A stretch of DNA of 64,000 nt from an uncultured Gemmatimonadales bacterium (GTDB taxonomy: Bacteria; Gemmatimonadota; Gemmatimonadetes; Gemmatimonadales; GWC2-71-9): positions 192,001 to 256,000 of the forward strand of contig CAVYSW010000010.1 of the NCBI GenBank assembly GCA_963771275.1, read 5' to 3'. The notes below the pieces were generated by a model, which saw only the letters and a program-made list of their open reading frames with translations, ran no database searches and had not been told where the DNA came from. This document shows positions 18,416 through 27,341 of this stretch, one piece after another. The translations under genes and the position numbers were made by a program. Numbering within the stretch: position 1 is the first letter of the stretch; each line of letters starts with the position of its first letter.

Positions 18416-20034
18416 TGGCGATCAAGGGCAGCCTCAAGGAAGCGTCCCTGCCGGACGTGCTGCAGCTGCTCGCGCTCGGCCAGAAGACGGGATGCCTGTC
18501 GATCGCGGACCGGAACAACTTTGGCTACATCTACTTCGACCGCGGCCGGATCTCGTACGCGTCGATCGTCAACCGGCGGGACCGGCTGGGCGACATCCTC
18601 GTCAAGGCCGGGAAGCTGAAGGTGGAGCAGTTGGAGGCCGCGATCGCGCGTCAGGAGCGCGAGCGCGATCGGCGGCTCGGGCAGATCCTGATTGCCGAGG
18701 GGATGATCTCGCGGGCCGACCTGGAGCGCTACATGCGGCTCCAGATCGAGGAAGCCGTCTACTTCCTGTTCACGTGGACCCAGGGGACGTTCAACTTCGA
18801 GTCGGATGTCCGGCCCGACCACGAAGAGTTTCTCGTGTCGATCAACCCGGAGTCGCTGCTGCTCGAAGGCGCCCGCCGGGTGGACGAGTGGAGCCTGATC
18901 GAGAAGAAGATCCCGTCGTTCGACCTGATCTTCTCGGTGGAAGCCGAGCGGCTGCAGGCTTCCGAGGTGGAGCTGACGCCGGAGCAGGCGCAGATCCTCA
19001 GGCTGATCGACGGCAAGCGGGATGTGACGCGGGTGACCGAGGACTCGGGCCTGGTGGAGTTCGACGTGGGGAAGGCCCTCTATGGGCTGATCTCCGCCGG
19101 CTTCGCGCATCGGGTCGGGCGGAGCCAGGCGCCGAAGGTGCAGGAGGTCAACGAGAGCCGGATTCAGGAGCACCGCAACCTCGGCGTCGCGTTCTACAAG
19201 ACGGGCATGCTGGACGAGGCCGCCCGCGAATTCCGGCGCGTCACGGATCTGCGGTCGAACGACGGGGGTGCGCATTTCCATCTGGGGCTCGTCGCGCTGC
19301 GCCAGGCGCGGTGGCGTGATGCGGAGGCGTCGCTGCGCCAGGCCGCCGAGCTGCTGGGCGCCCGCCCGGGCGTGCTCCACAATCTCGCGCTCGCCTTCGA
19401 GCAGCTCGGCTTCCTCGATCGGGCCGACTCCGCGTACGGCGATGCGGCCGGCCGCGCCCGACACGATCCCCGCATTCTGATCGGGTGGGGGATCGCCGCG
19501 CTGCAGCGCGGGGACTTCCAGGTGGCCGAGGGGCGGCTCGACCGCGCGCGGGAAGTCACGGGGGAGAAGCCGCTGCCGGCGGTGTGGTACTGGGGTCGGG
19601 CGCTCGCGGCGGCCGGCCAGGACGCGTTCGATCAGGCCGAAGCGTTCCTCCGGGAAGGGCTGGAGCGGCACCCGCGGCATCCGATTCTGACGAACAACCT
19701 GGCGGCCCTCGTAGAGCTCGTCGGCGACGCGGCGCAGGCCGAGGAGCTGCTGCGCGACGCGCTCGCCGACGAGCCCGCCGTCCCGCAACTGTCGAAGAAC
19801 CTGGGCGACCTGCTGTACCGGTCGGGGCAGTACGACGACGCGGCCAGCGCCTACGCGCGGGCCGTCCGTCTCCAGCCGGACCTGGGCGACGACGTGTACT
19901 TCAAGCTGGGCAACATCGCCTACCGGCGCGGCGAGCGGGAGCAGGCCGCGGCCTACTGGAAACAGTCCCTCGAGCTGAATCCCAGCCACGAGTTGGCGCG
20001 GACCAACCTCGACACGCTCAGCGCGCTCGTCTGA
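18415..20034 (+). CDS. DUF4388 + tandem MshEN-like + TPR protein
   Basis: [19 protein letters not shown]...QKTG.L, RLGDILV/RLGQIL motifs, WTQGTFNF, SLLLEGARRVDEW; C-terminal TPRs; TGATG overlap. Confidence 0.85.
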   Translation: MAIKGSLKEASLPDVLQLLALGQKTGCLSIADRNNFGYIYFDRGRISYASIVNRRDRLGDILVKAGKLKVEQLEAAIARQERERDRRLGQILIAEGMISRADLERYMRLQIEEAVYFLFTWTQGTFNFESDVRPDHEEFLVSINPESLLLEGARRVDEWSLIEKKIPSFDLIFSVEAERLQASEVELTPEQAQILRLIDGKRDVTRVTEDSGLVEFDVGKALYGLISAGFAHRVGRSQAPKVQEVNESRIQEHRNLGVAFYKTGMLDEAAREFRRVTDLRSNDGGAHFHLGLVALRQARWRDAEASLRQAAELLGARPGVLHNLALAFEQLGFLDRADSAYGDAAGRARHDPRILIGWGIAALQRGDFQVAEGRLDRAREVTGEKPLPAVWYWGRALAAAGQDAFDQAEAFLREGLERHPRHPILTNNLAALVELVGDAAQAEELLRDALADEPAVPQLSKNLGDLLYRSGQYDDAASAYARAVRLQPDLGDDVYFKLGNIAYRRGEREQAAAYWKQSLELNPSHELARTNLDTLSALV

Positions 20035-20846
20035 TGGTGGCGAGCGAGGACCCCGGACTCCCGGCGCTCCTGGCGCAGATCGCGCGGGCGCGCGGCCTCG
20101 ACTGCGAAGCGTACAAGCAGAGTTGCCTGCGGCGGCGGCTCGCCGTCCGGATGCGCGCACGCGGGGCGCACACCTACGCCGACTACGCCCGGGTGCTCGC
20201 GGCCGACGGAGGCGAGTACGATCGGCTGCTCGACGCCCTGACGATCAACGTGACGAAGTTCTACCGCAATCACGAGACGTGGGATGCGCTGGCGGAACGC
20301 TACCTGCCGGACGTGTGGACGAGGCGACGCGGTGCGGTGCGCTGCTGGTCTGCGGGGTGCGCGTCCGGCGAGGAGCCGTACACCATGGCGATCCTGCTGC
20401 TCGAGTGCGCGCGGCGGCTCGGCGAGAGCGGGCCGCTCCAGGCGAGGGTGGACGCCACCGACCTCGACCGCGTGAGCCTCGAGCGCGCCGCGGTGGGACG
20501 CTATCGCGCGGCCGCCTTCGAGGAATTGCCGCCGGCGCTCGCCGACCGGTACTGCGCGCCCGGCGAAGTCCGGGAGATCGCGCCGGCGGTCCGCGCGCTC
20601 GTGCGGTTCCAGCAGCACGACCTGCTGCGGGACCCGCCGCCGCGGGCACCCTATGACGTCGTGCTCTGCCGCAACGTGGTGATCTACTTCGATCGCGCGA
20701 CGCAGGACCGGTTGTTCGCCGGGTTCGCCGACGCGCTGGCGCCCGGCGGGATCCTGGTGCTCGGCAAGGTCGAGACCTTGCTGGGGGCGGCGCGCGGCCG
20801 CCTGCGCCTCGACGACACCCGCGAGCGCATCTACCGGCGTCCATGA
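20034..20846 (+). CDS. cheR: Protein-glutamate O-methyltransferase CheR
   Basis: LTINVTKFYRN, WSAGCASGEEPYT, ATD, CRNVVIYF. Confidence 0.94.
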   Translation: MVASEDPGLPALLAQIARARGLDCEAYKQSCLRRRLAVRMRARGAHTYADYARVLAADGGEYDRLLDALTINVTKFYRNHETWDALAERYLPDVWTRRRGAVRCWSAGCASGEEPYTMAILLLECARRLGESGPLQARVDATDLDRVSLERAAVGRYRAAAFEELPPALADRYCAPGEVREIAPAVRALVRFQQHDLLRDPPPRAPYDVVLCRNVVIYFDRATQDRLFAGFADALAPGGILVLGKVETLLGAARGRLRLDDTRERIYRRP

Positions 20847-21337
20847 CGGGGTCGCCCGGGAATCAGGCGGTGGGGCTCGGGCACTACGCGGTGGCCCGGG
20901 GTGGCGGCACCCTGGCCTGCCTCGGTCTCGGGAGCTGCGTGGCCGTGGTGCTGCATGACCCGGAGGCGCAGGTCGGCGGGCTCGCGCACGTGGTGCTCCC
21001 GTCGACCTCGCTCTCCCGCGACCGCTCCAACCCCGGCCGCTTTGCCGAGACGGCCGTGCCCCTGTTGATCGCCGAGACGCTGCGCGCGGGGGCAGTGCGC
21101 GGGCGCCTCTCGGCACGCCTGGTGGGTGGGGCCAGCATGTTCACCAACCTGGTGCCCGCCGGCGCGGTGCAGATGGGCCAGCGGAACGTCAATGCGTGTC
21201 GCGCCGCGCTGGAGGCGGCGGCGATCCCGATCACGGGAGAGGCGGTGGGAGGCGAGATCGGGCGCTCGGTCTGGCTGGTCGTGGAGTCGGGCGCGCTCAC
21301 CGTGCGGTCCGTCGGACGTGAGCCCGAACGCCTCTAG
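20843..21337 (+). CDS. cheD: Chemoreceptor glutamine deamidase CheD
   Basis: [35 protein letters not shown]. Confidence 0.92.
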   Translation: MTGSPGNQAVGLGHYAVARGGGTLACLGLGSCVAVVLHDPEAQVGGLAHVVLPSTSLSRDRSNPGRFAETAVPLLIAETLRAGAVRGRLSARLVGGASMFTNLVPAGAVQMGQRNVNACRAALEAAAIPITGEAVGGEIGRSVWLVVESGALTVRSVGREPERL

Positions 21338-22412
21338 CGGGGGCCCGGCCCGCACGGTGCTCGTCGTGGACGACAGCGCGCTGATGCGCCGCGTGCTGAG
21401 CGACCTGATCGAGCAGTCGGGGCGCTATCGCGTCGTCGCCGCCGCGCGGGACGGGATGGACGCGCTGGAGAAGGTCCACCGGTACCGCCCGGACGTGGTG
21501 ACGATGGACCTCGAGATGCCGGAGCTCGACGGACTGGGCGCGATCGGCTACATCATGAGCGAGGCGCCGACGCCGATCGTCGTGGTGAGCGCCTATGCCG
21601 GACCGGGAACCGCCACGGCGATCCGCGCGCTCGAGCTCGGGGCGGTCGAGATCGTCGCGAAGCCCGGGGACCGGCAGCGGGCCACCCTCGAGGCGATCGG
21701 CCCGGCCCTGCTCACGGCCCTCGATGCGGCCGTCGCCGCGGACGTCGCGCGCGTGCCGGTGCTGGCCCGGCGTCCGACGCCGGCGCTGCCGATCCGGTCG
21801 CACGGGGTGGCGGAGATGCAGGGGCGCGCGCGGGTCGCGGTGGCGATCGCCGCGAGCACCGGCGGCCCGCGAGCGCTTGCCGAAGTGATCCCGCGCCTCG
21901 CACCCGAGGGGAACGCCGGCGTGCTGATCGTGCAGCACATGCCGCCCAAGTTCACCCGCAGTCTCGCAGAGCGACTCGATCAGGGCAGTGCGCTCCGCGT
22001 GGTCGAGGCCGACGACGGCGTGCCGTTCCTCAGCGACACGGCGTACATCGCCCCGGGCGATTATCATATGCGGGTGGAGCGTTCCAGCGACGGGCCGCAG
22101 GTGCGGCTCGACCAAACGCCGCCCCTGTGGGGGGTGCGGCCGGCCGCCGATCCGCTGTTCCGGTCCGTGGCGGCGGCGTTCGGCGCGCGCGCCGTAGGGG
22201 TGGTGCTGACCGGAATGGGCCGGGATGGTGCGGCAGGGCTGCGCGCGATCCGGGATGCCGGTGGCGCGGGCATCGCCCAGGATCGCGCCACGGCCGTGAT
22301 CTACGGCATGCCACAGGTCGCGGTCCAACTCGGCGGCGTGGAGACCATCGCGCCGCTGGATGCGATCGCCGCGCACATCGCGGCGGCGGTGGGGCGCCGG
22401 GCGGGTCCGTGA
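21318..22412 (+). CDS. cheB: Protein-glutamate methylesterase CheB (REC + methylesterase)
   Basis: [19 protein letters not shown]; catalytic [21 protein letters not shown] start at 21318. Confidence 0.95.
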   Translation: MSPNASSGGPARTVLVVDDSALMRRVLSDLIEQSGRYRVVAAARDGMDALEKVHRYRPDVVTMDLEMPELDGLGAIGYIMSEAPTPIVVVSAYAGPGTATAIRALELGAVEIVAKPGDRQRATLEAIGPALLTALDAAVAADVARVPVLARRPTPALPIRSHGVAEMQGRARVAVAIAASTGGPRALAEVIPRLAPEGNAGVLIVQHMPPKFTRSLAERLDQGSALRVVEADDGVPFLSDTAYIAPGDYHMRVERSSDGPQVRLDQTPPLWGVRPAADPLFRSVAAAFGARAVGVVLTGMGRDGAAGLRAIRDAGGAGIAQDRATAVIYGMPQVAVQLGGVETIAPLDAIAAHIAAAVGRRAGP

Positions 22413-22837
22413 CGACCTGCCTGCTCGTGCGCAGCGCGGACCGCACGGTCGCCCTCCCGCTGGAGGACCTCGAGCAGGTGCTCACGATCGACACCACGGT
22501 TCCCGCTCCCGGTCTGGTGCCCGCCGTCCGCGGCGTGGTCGCGGTGCGGGACGGCCTCGCGCCGGTGGTCCATCTCGGCGCGCTGATCGCCCGGAGTGCG
22601 GCACCGGCCGAGCGCGGCAGCGTGGGGGTCGTGGTGCTTGCGGGGACGCGGCGGGTGGTGCTCGAAGTGGACGAGGCTGTGGATCTCGTGCGACAGGTTC
22701 CCGAACCGCTGCCGCCCGAGTGGGGGACGGGGTGGGCATCGGGCGGCGTCCGGTGGGCGGGGGCGCTGGTCCCCGTCGTGGAGGTGGGCGCGCTCGTCGA
22801 GCGTATGGGATCGCGCAGCGCGGAGGCAGCCGCATGA
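22409..22837 (+). CDS. cheW: CheW-like adaptor (2 of 3, divergent)
   Basis: ALPL..LEQV, V.GVV.VR..LAPVVHL, LEVDE; GTGA overlap with cheB. Confidence 0.72.
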   Translation: MTTCLLVRSADRTVALPLEDLEQVLTIDTTVPAPGLVPAVRGVVAVRDGLAPVVHLGALIARSAAPAERGSVGVVVLAGTRRVVLEVDEAVDLVRQVPEPLPPEWGTGWASGGVRWAGALVPVVEVGALVERMGSRSAEAAA

Positions 22838-23319
22838 GCACGGGCGATGACGTCCAGCTGGTGGTGTTTCGTGTCGGGTCGCAGGCGTTCGCCGTCAACA
22901 TCTTCGAGGCCGAGCGCATCCTGCGATATCAGGAGCCCACGCCCCTGCCCAGCGCCCCGGCCTTTCTGGAAGGGGTCTTTGTGTTCGGCGAGCAGGTGAT
23001 TCCGCTGGTGGATCTGCGGAAGCGGCTCGGCGCGCCCGCGCCGATCCGCGACGAGACGCGGCTCGTCGTGCTTGCCCTCGATGTCGGGCCGGTCGGCATC
23101 GTGGTGGATGCCGTGCTCGCCGTGCGCAAGGTGGCGGCCGACGCGATCAGGCCGCCGTCGGGCCTCGTCAAGGGACTCGCCGCCGAATACGTGAACGGCA
23201 TCGCCATCGTTGACGGCCGCACGGTCGTGATCCTCGCCGCGACGCGACTGCTCTCGTCCACCGAGCAGGTCAGCGTGCGCGACCTTCTCGTGGAGGCGGG
23301 TCCATGGGCGAATCGATAG
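22834..23319 (+). CDS. cheW: CheW adaptor (3 of 3)
   Basis: QLVVFRVG.Q.FAVNI, TPLP.AP.FLEGV, IPLVDLRKRL, GIVVDAV. Confidence 0.9.
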   Translation: MSTGDDVQLVVFRVGSQAFAVNIFEAERILRYQEPTPLPSAPAFLEGVFVFGEQVIPLVDLRKRLGAPAPIRDETRLVVLALDVGPVGIVVDAVLAVRKVAADAIRPPSGLVKGLAAEYVNGIAIVDGRTVVILAATRLLSSTEQVSVRDLLVEAGPWANR

Positions 23320-24167
23320 CCGCGGCCCTGCGCGCCGCGTACGAAGGGATCGCGCGCCAGCTCGAGCAGGTGCGCTCCTCCGCGGAGCGCGAAGTGGTCA
23401 AGCGCGACATCATCGCGCTGTTCAAGACGGTCGATCAGGGTCTCGCCGACCTGGCGGCGCTGAAGGAGGACATCCGGGTCCTGGTGGACAAGTACAAGCA
23501 GCTCCAGGTGGGGCAGAGCGGCGACCGCGCGCCGCAGTTCACGGGCCAGGTGCCGGCCGTCCACACGAGCCACATCGACGCCTCCACGCTGATCGAGAAG
23601 GGATGGCACCTGATCTCGCTGGGGGACTATGACGGGGCGATTCAGGCGCTGGAGAAGGCGCTGCACTATGCGCCGGGTGACACGCAGGCCGAGTCCCTGC
23701 TGGGGTGGGCGCAAATGCGCCACGAGCAGTATGACGAGGCGCTGCAGAGCTTCCAGCGCGTCCTGACAAAGGAGCCGGCCAACGCGCTGGCACGGATCAA
23801 CGTCGGGTACATCTGCCTGAAGAAGCGGATCTTCGGCGAGGCCATCGAGCACCTGTCCAAGGCGATCCGGCTCGACAACGACAAGAAGGCGACGCTGTAC
23901 GCCCACTACTATCTCGGGCTGGTCTATCTCGAGCGGGAGATGTACGAGGACGCCCAGACCTTCTTCCGGAAGACGCTGGCGCTCGGCCCCAATCTGATCG
24001 AGGCCTATTTCGAGCTGGGACGGGCCCAGTGGTATGGTGGCGACCCGGCGGGAGCGAAGCAGACGTGGGCCGACGGGGTCAAGGCGAACCGGTTCACCCC
24101 CTGGGGCGCGCGCTGCCAGGAGGCGCTCGATCTCGTGGCCCAGGGCCAGGAGCCCCCGCGCTCGTAG
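23304..24167 (+). CDS. Coiled-coil + TPR protein
   Basis: N-terminal coiled coil followed by about 5 TPRs; no signal peptide. Confidence 0.8.
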   Translation: MGESIAAALRAAYEGIARQLEQVRSSAEREVVKRDIIALFKTVDQGLADLAALKEDIRVLVDKYKQLQVGQSGDRAPQFTGQVPAVHTSHIDASTLIEKGWHLISLGDYDGAIQALEKALHYAPGDTQAESLLGWAQMRHEQYDEALQSFQRVLTKEPANALARINVGYICLKKRIFGEAIEHLSKAIRLDNDKKATLYAHYYLGLVYLEREMYEDAQTFFRKTLALGPNLIEAYFELGRAQWYGGDPAGAKQTWADGVKANRFTPWGARCQEALDLVAQGQEPPRS

Positions 24168-25021
24168 CGTGGCTGCTCGCCCTCGCGGCGATCGCGCAAG
24201 GGCCCGGCTTTGTCGAGGTGAACGACGTCCGGGTCGTCTATTGGGGCGGTGACGAGCGCCTGGCGACGGCGCTGGCCGAGTACGCCGACGGGGCGGGGGA
24301 GTGGCCCGGGCTCCCGCCAATCGATCCGTTCCCTATCACCATCATCGTCACGCGCTCCGAGACCCGGTTCGACTCGCTGACGCGCCGGCGGCTGCCCGGC
24401 TGGGCCGGCGCGGCCGCCTTCCCACGCGCCAACACCATCGTGCTGAAGCTCGATGGCGATCCGATCCCGACGCTGCGTCACGAGCTCGCCCACCTGATGC
24501 TCGCGCGGGTCGCGCCGCGCGTGCCCCTGTGGTTCGCCGAAGGGTACGCGGCCCGGGCGGCCGGCGAGTGGAGCGGGCTGGACGCGCTGAGCGTGAACTG
24601 GCAGCTCGCGCGGGGCCGCACGCCGACATTCGCGCAGCTCGATCGAGAGCTCCGCGCCGGTCCGTCGAGCGCCCGCGCCGCCTACGCGCTCGCCATGGCC
24701 GCGGTGCTTTACCTCGAACGGCTGGGTGGGGATCGCGGCCTCCGCCCCCTGATCGACCATCTGGCCGAGGCGCCCGACTTCGAGACCGCGGTGCGCCAGA
24801 CCTACCTCGCGTCCATGGAGACGATCGAGGACACGTGGCGCGGCGATCTCCGGAAGCGCTACGGGTGGCTGCTGCTCGCCACGTCGTTCACCGCGTTCTG
24901 GAGCCTGGTCGGCCTGGCCGTCGGCATCGTCTGGTGGCGCCGCCGTCGGCGCGACCGCGTCCGCCGGGCCGCGCTCGACGAGGGTTGGGTGGTGCCGCCG
25001 GGGCCGGACGCGAGTGCTTGA
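24164..25021 (+). CDS. Membrane-anchored zinc metallopeptidase (peptidase MA/gluzincin-like); start uncertain
   Basis: LRHELAH plus downstream P.WF.EG third-ligand motif; N-terminal hydrophobic signal; C-terminal TM helix followed by an Arg run. Confidence 0.72.
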   Translation, partial: VAWLLALAAIAQGPGFVEVNDVRVVYWGGDERLATALAEYADGAGEWPGLPPIDPFPITIIVTRSETRFDSLTRRRLPGWAGAAAFPRANTIVLKLDGDPIPTLRHELAHLMLARVAPRVPLWFAEGYAARAAGEWSGLDALSVNWQLARGRTPTFAQLDRELRAGPSSARAAYALAMAAVLYLERLGGDRGLRPLIDHLAEAPDFETAVRQTYLASMETIEDTWRGDLRKRYGWLLLATSFTAFWSLVGLAVGIVWWRRRRRDRVRRAALDEGWVVPPGPDASA

Positions 25022-25055
25022 CGTGACCGGACCGAGGGGTTAGTCATGATGGCCT

Positions 25056-25241
25056 ATGCCGGCTAAGGCCTCGTCGCCCGCGAAGTTACGGTTCGGACCC
25101 AGGAACTTCGTCCTGCTCGCCGCGGCAATTGCCGCGCTCGCGGCGGGGTACTTCCTGTTGGCCCGGGGATCGACGACGCTGGCACCGATCCTGCTCGTGC
25201 TGGGGTATTGCGTGCTGTTCCCACTCGGCCTGGCACTCTAG
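25056..25241 (+). CDS. Small two-TM membrane protein (DUF3098-like)
   Basis: 61 aa; F...N..L...GY.LL..GS.TLAPILLV.GY pattern. Confidence 0.6.
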   Translation: MPAKASSPAKLRFGPRNFVLLAAAIAALAAGYFLLARGSTTLAPILLVLGYCVLFPLGLAL

Positions 25242-25255
25242 GCGCGGGCCGGCCC

Positions 25256-25329
25256 GGGCGAATAGCTCAGCGGTTCAGAGCGCCTGCCTTACACGCAGGA
25301 AGTCGGGGGTTCGAATCCCCCTTCGCCCA
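25256..25329 (+). tRNA. tRNA-Val(TAC)
   Basis: Acceptor GGGCGAA/TTCGCCC; TAGCTCAG D-arm; anticodon arm CCTGC-CTTACAC-GCAGG; GTTCGAATC T-loop; CCA not encoded. Confidence 0.96.
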
Positions 25330-25373
25330 CTGACGCTGGCGTCGGGCCCGGGACGACTTCGGAGGACGAACGC

Positions 25374-27131
25374 GTGCAGCCTATCCGTATGGTGATTCGC
25401 CGCGCCGTGATAACGGGCGGGGTGTGCGTGGGCCTGGGGCTGCCGGCGGTGGCAGGGGCGCAACTTGCCCGCCAGGCGTCCAACGAGCGCCTGCTCGTGC
25501 TGGCACCGCTGCCGAACAACCCGGCCGACTCGACGTACGCCGTACAATTGGCGGACGCGATCCGAGACCGGATGACCCTCAAGTACCGCTTCCAGTTCCT
25601 GGTCATCCCGACGGAGAAGATCTGCGAGGCGCTCGAGGCGTCCGGGTTCAGCTGCGGCGCCCCGCTTCCGCTGGAGAACGCCGCGGCGCTGGCGCGCTTC
25701 CTCCAGGTGACGGCGTACATCGTGGGGTGGTTGCGGATTACTCCGGACAGCTCGGAATTGGTGCTGCGCCTGGTGGACGCGGCCGGCTCGGGTCTCACCG
25801 GCTGGGAGCGGTTCGCCACGCCCGCCGCGACGACGCCCGGCTCGTTCGGGCAGACCGTGGCCGACGGCCTCGACACCGAGATCAAGGCGGCCGAGCGGGC
25901 CCGCTCCTGCAACGAGCGACGCCAGCGCGGGGATACGAGGGGGGCGGTCGCGCAGGCGCTGCGGGCGTTCGAGCTGTACCCGAACCACACGGGCGCGGCG
26001 CTCTGCCTCGAGCTGGTGTACGAGCTGCAGCGTCAGCCGGTCGACAGCCTCATTGCCGTGCTCACCAAGGCTGCGGCAGGCGACTCGCTCAATAAGCGGG
26101 CGTGGGAGGACCTCAGCCGCCGGCTGCTCGAAAAGGGCGACACGGTGGGCGCGCTCAACGCGTCGCGGCGACAGCTGCGCGCCGAGCCCGTTGACCAGAA
26201 GCTGCGGGTCGGCGTCGTCGCCTGGCTCATCACCCGACGGGAATACCAGGACGCGTCGACGCTCGCCGACGAGGGCCTCGCATTCAATCCCGGCGATCTC
26301 ATGCTGCTCGGCCTCAAGGAGCGCGCGTGCCTCGAGGGCACGATGTGGCGCTGCGCGCTCGAAACCCTCGATCAGGAAGTGCAGATCGACACGGCGCTCG
26401 CCGCCGACTCGATCTTCTACCAGAAGATCTTCGGCGCGGCGCAGTCGATACCCGACACCGCGGCGATGGTGCTCTGGTCGGGCCGGGCCGTGGAGCGGTT
26501 CCCCAGCTCCGTCGCGCTGTGGCGGGCGCGGGCCGCGGCGCTCAAAGCCGTGGACGATCGCGCTGGCGCGCTGAGCGCCTACCAGCGACTCCTCACGCTC
26601 GACTCCACGCAAGTGGGCAGCGCGCTCGCGGCCGCGCAGCTGCTGCTCGACAGCACGTTCGTGATCGACACGGGCGTGCCGCTCGACACGGCGCGGCTGC
26701 ACGAAGCCGATGGGCTGCTGACCCTCGTCGCCAGCCAGACGAGCGACTCCCTCACACTGATCAACGTCGCGCGGATGTACTACAACCCGGCCGCGAAGAT
26801 CACGCAGCTGCGGATTCCGGCGGGGCTGCCGATCGCGGCCCGTTTCCTGGAGGACGCGCTGCGGTACGACAAGAGTGGCGCGCTGCTCGTCCCGGCGAAC
26901 TTCTTCCTCGGGTTGGCGTACGCCCTCCAGGTGTTCGAGGGACTGGACAAGCTGCAGGAAACGAAGTCCTGCGAGGTCGTGCAACGGAAACTCGACATGA
27001 CCCTGCAGGCTAAGCGGGCACTCACGATCGGGAAACCGATCAGCGCGGCGACGGTAAACCAGATTTTCCCGTATCTCACGCGCTTCGAGAGTGACCTCCC
27101 GAAATACAAGGCGGCCTGGAAGTGCCCGTGA
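25374..27131 (+). CDS. Secreted alpha-helical (TPR-like) protein of unknown function (start GTG 25374 or ATG 25389)
   Basis: Signal-peptide-like N-terminus ending VAGA-Q; degenerate TPR periodicity; 8 cysteines in the mature part. Confidence 0.65.
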   Translation: MQPIRMVIRRAVITGGVCVGLGLPAVAGAQLARQASNERLLVLAPLPNNPADSTYAVQLADAIRDRMTLKYRFQFLVIPTEKICEALEASGFSCGAPLPLENAAALARFLQVTAYIVGWLRITPDSSELVLRLVDAAGSGLTGWERFATPAATTPGSFGQTVADGLDTEIKAAERARSCNERRQRGDTRGAVAQALRAFELYPNHTGAALCLELVYELQRQPVDSLIAVLTKAAAGDSLNKRAWEDLSRRLLEKGDTVGALNASRRQLRAEPVDQKLRVGVVAWLITRREYQDASTLADEGLAFNPGDLMLLGLKERACLEGTMWRCALETLDQEVQIDTALAADSIFYQKIFGAAQSIPDTAAMVLWSGRAVERFPSSVALWRARAAALKAVDDRAGALSAYQRLLTLDSTQVGSALAAAQLLLDSTFVIDTGVPLDTARLHEADGLLTLVASQTSDSLTLINVARMYYNPAAKITQLRIPAGLPIAARFLEDALRYDKSGALLVPANFFLGLAYALQVFEGLDKLQETKSCEVVQRKLDMTLQAKRALTIGKPISAATVNQIFPYLTRFESDLPKYKAAWKCP

Positions 27132-27141
27132 CGCCCGGCGC

Positions 27142-27170
27142 TTGAATCGCGCGTCGCACGCGCCTACATT
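27142..27170 (+). promoter_or_regulatory. sigma70-type promoter for tRNA-Asp (and possibly the dcw cluster)
   Basis: TTGAAT(27142-47)-17 nt-TACATT(27165-70), 20 nt upstream of the tRNA. Confidence 0.65.
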
Positions 27171-27190
27171 CCCCTGCTGTGGGAAATCGG

Positions 27191-27265
27191 GGGGCTGTAG
27201 CTCAGCTTGGTTAGAGTGCCGGTCTGTCACACCGGAGGTCGCGGGTTCGAGCCCCGTCAGCCCCG
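27191..27265 (+). tRNA. tRNA-Asp(GTC)
   Basis: Acceptor GGGGCTG/CAGCCCC; anticodon arm CCGGT-CTGTCAC-ACCGG; GTTCGAGCC T-loop; CCA not encoded. Confidence 0.96.
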
Positions 27266-27292
27266 TTCAGGCGTAGCGCGCGTGTTCCACGT

Positions 27293-27331
27293 GGCGGCCC
27301 CGCGCAAAGTCCCTGCGGGGCCGTCGTCTTA
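27293..27331 (+). terminator. GC-rich hairpin between tRNA-Asp and rsmH (weak terminator or processing signal)
   Basis: GGCGGCCCCGC / GCGGGGCCGTC 11-bp stem (one G-U), 11-nt loop, poor U-tract (GTCTTA). Confidence 0.4.
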
Positions 27332-27341
27332 CCCGGCGGTG

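Noticed and set aside
23304..24167. Tgl/PilF pilotin assignment for the TPR protein
   Set aside because: No signal peptide or lipobox; the N-terminus is a coiled coil.
25018..25050. Promoter for the DUF3098-like gene and tRNA-Val (TTGACG-17-TAGTCA)
   Set aside because: Good -35, but the -10 lacks the conserved final T; plausible yet too weak to list as a feature.
25256..27265. Genomic island integrated at tRNA-Val or tRNA-Asp
   Set aside because: No integrase, no duplicated tRNA 3' end and no clear compositional shift.
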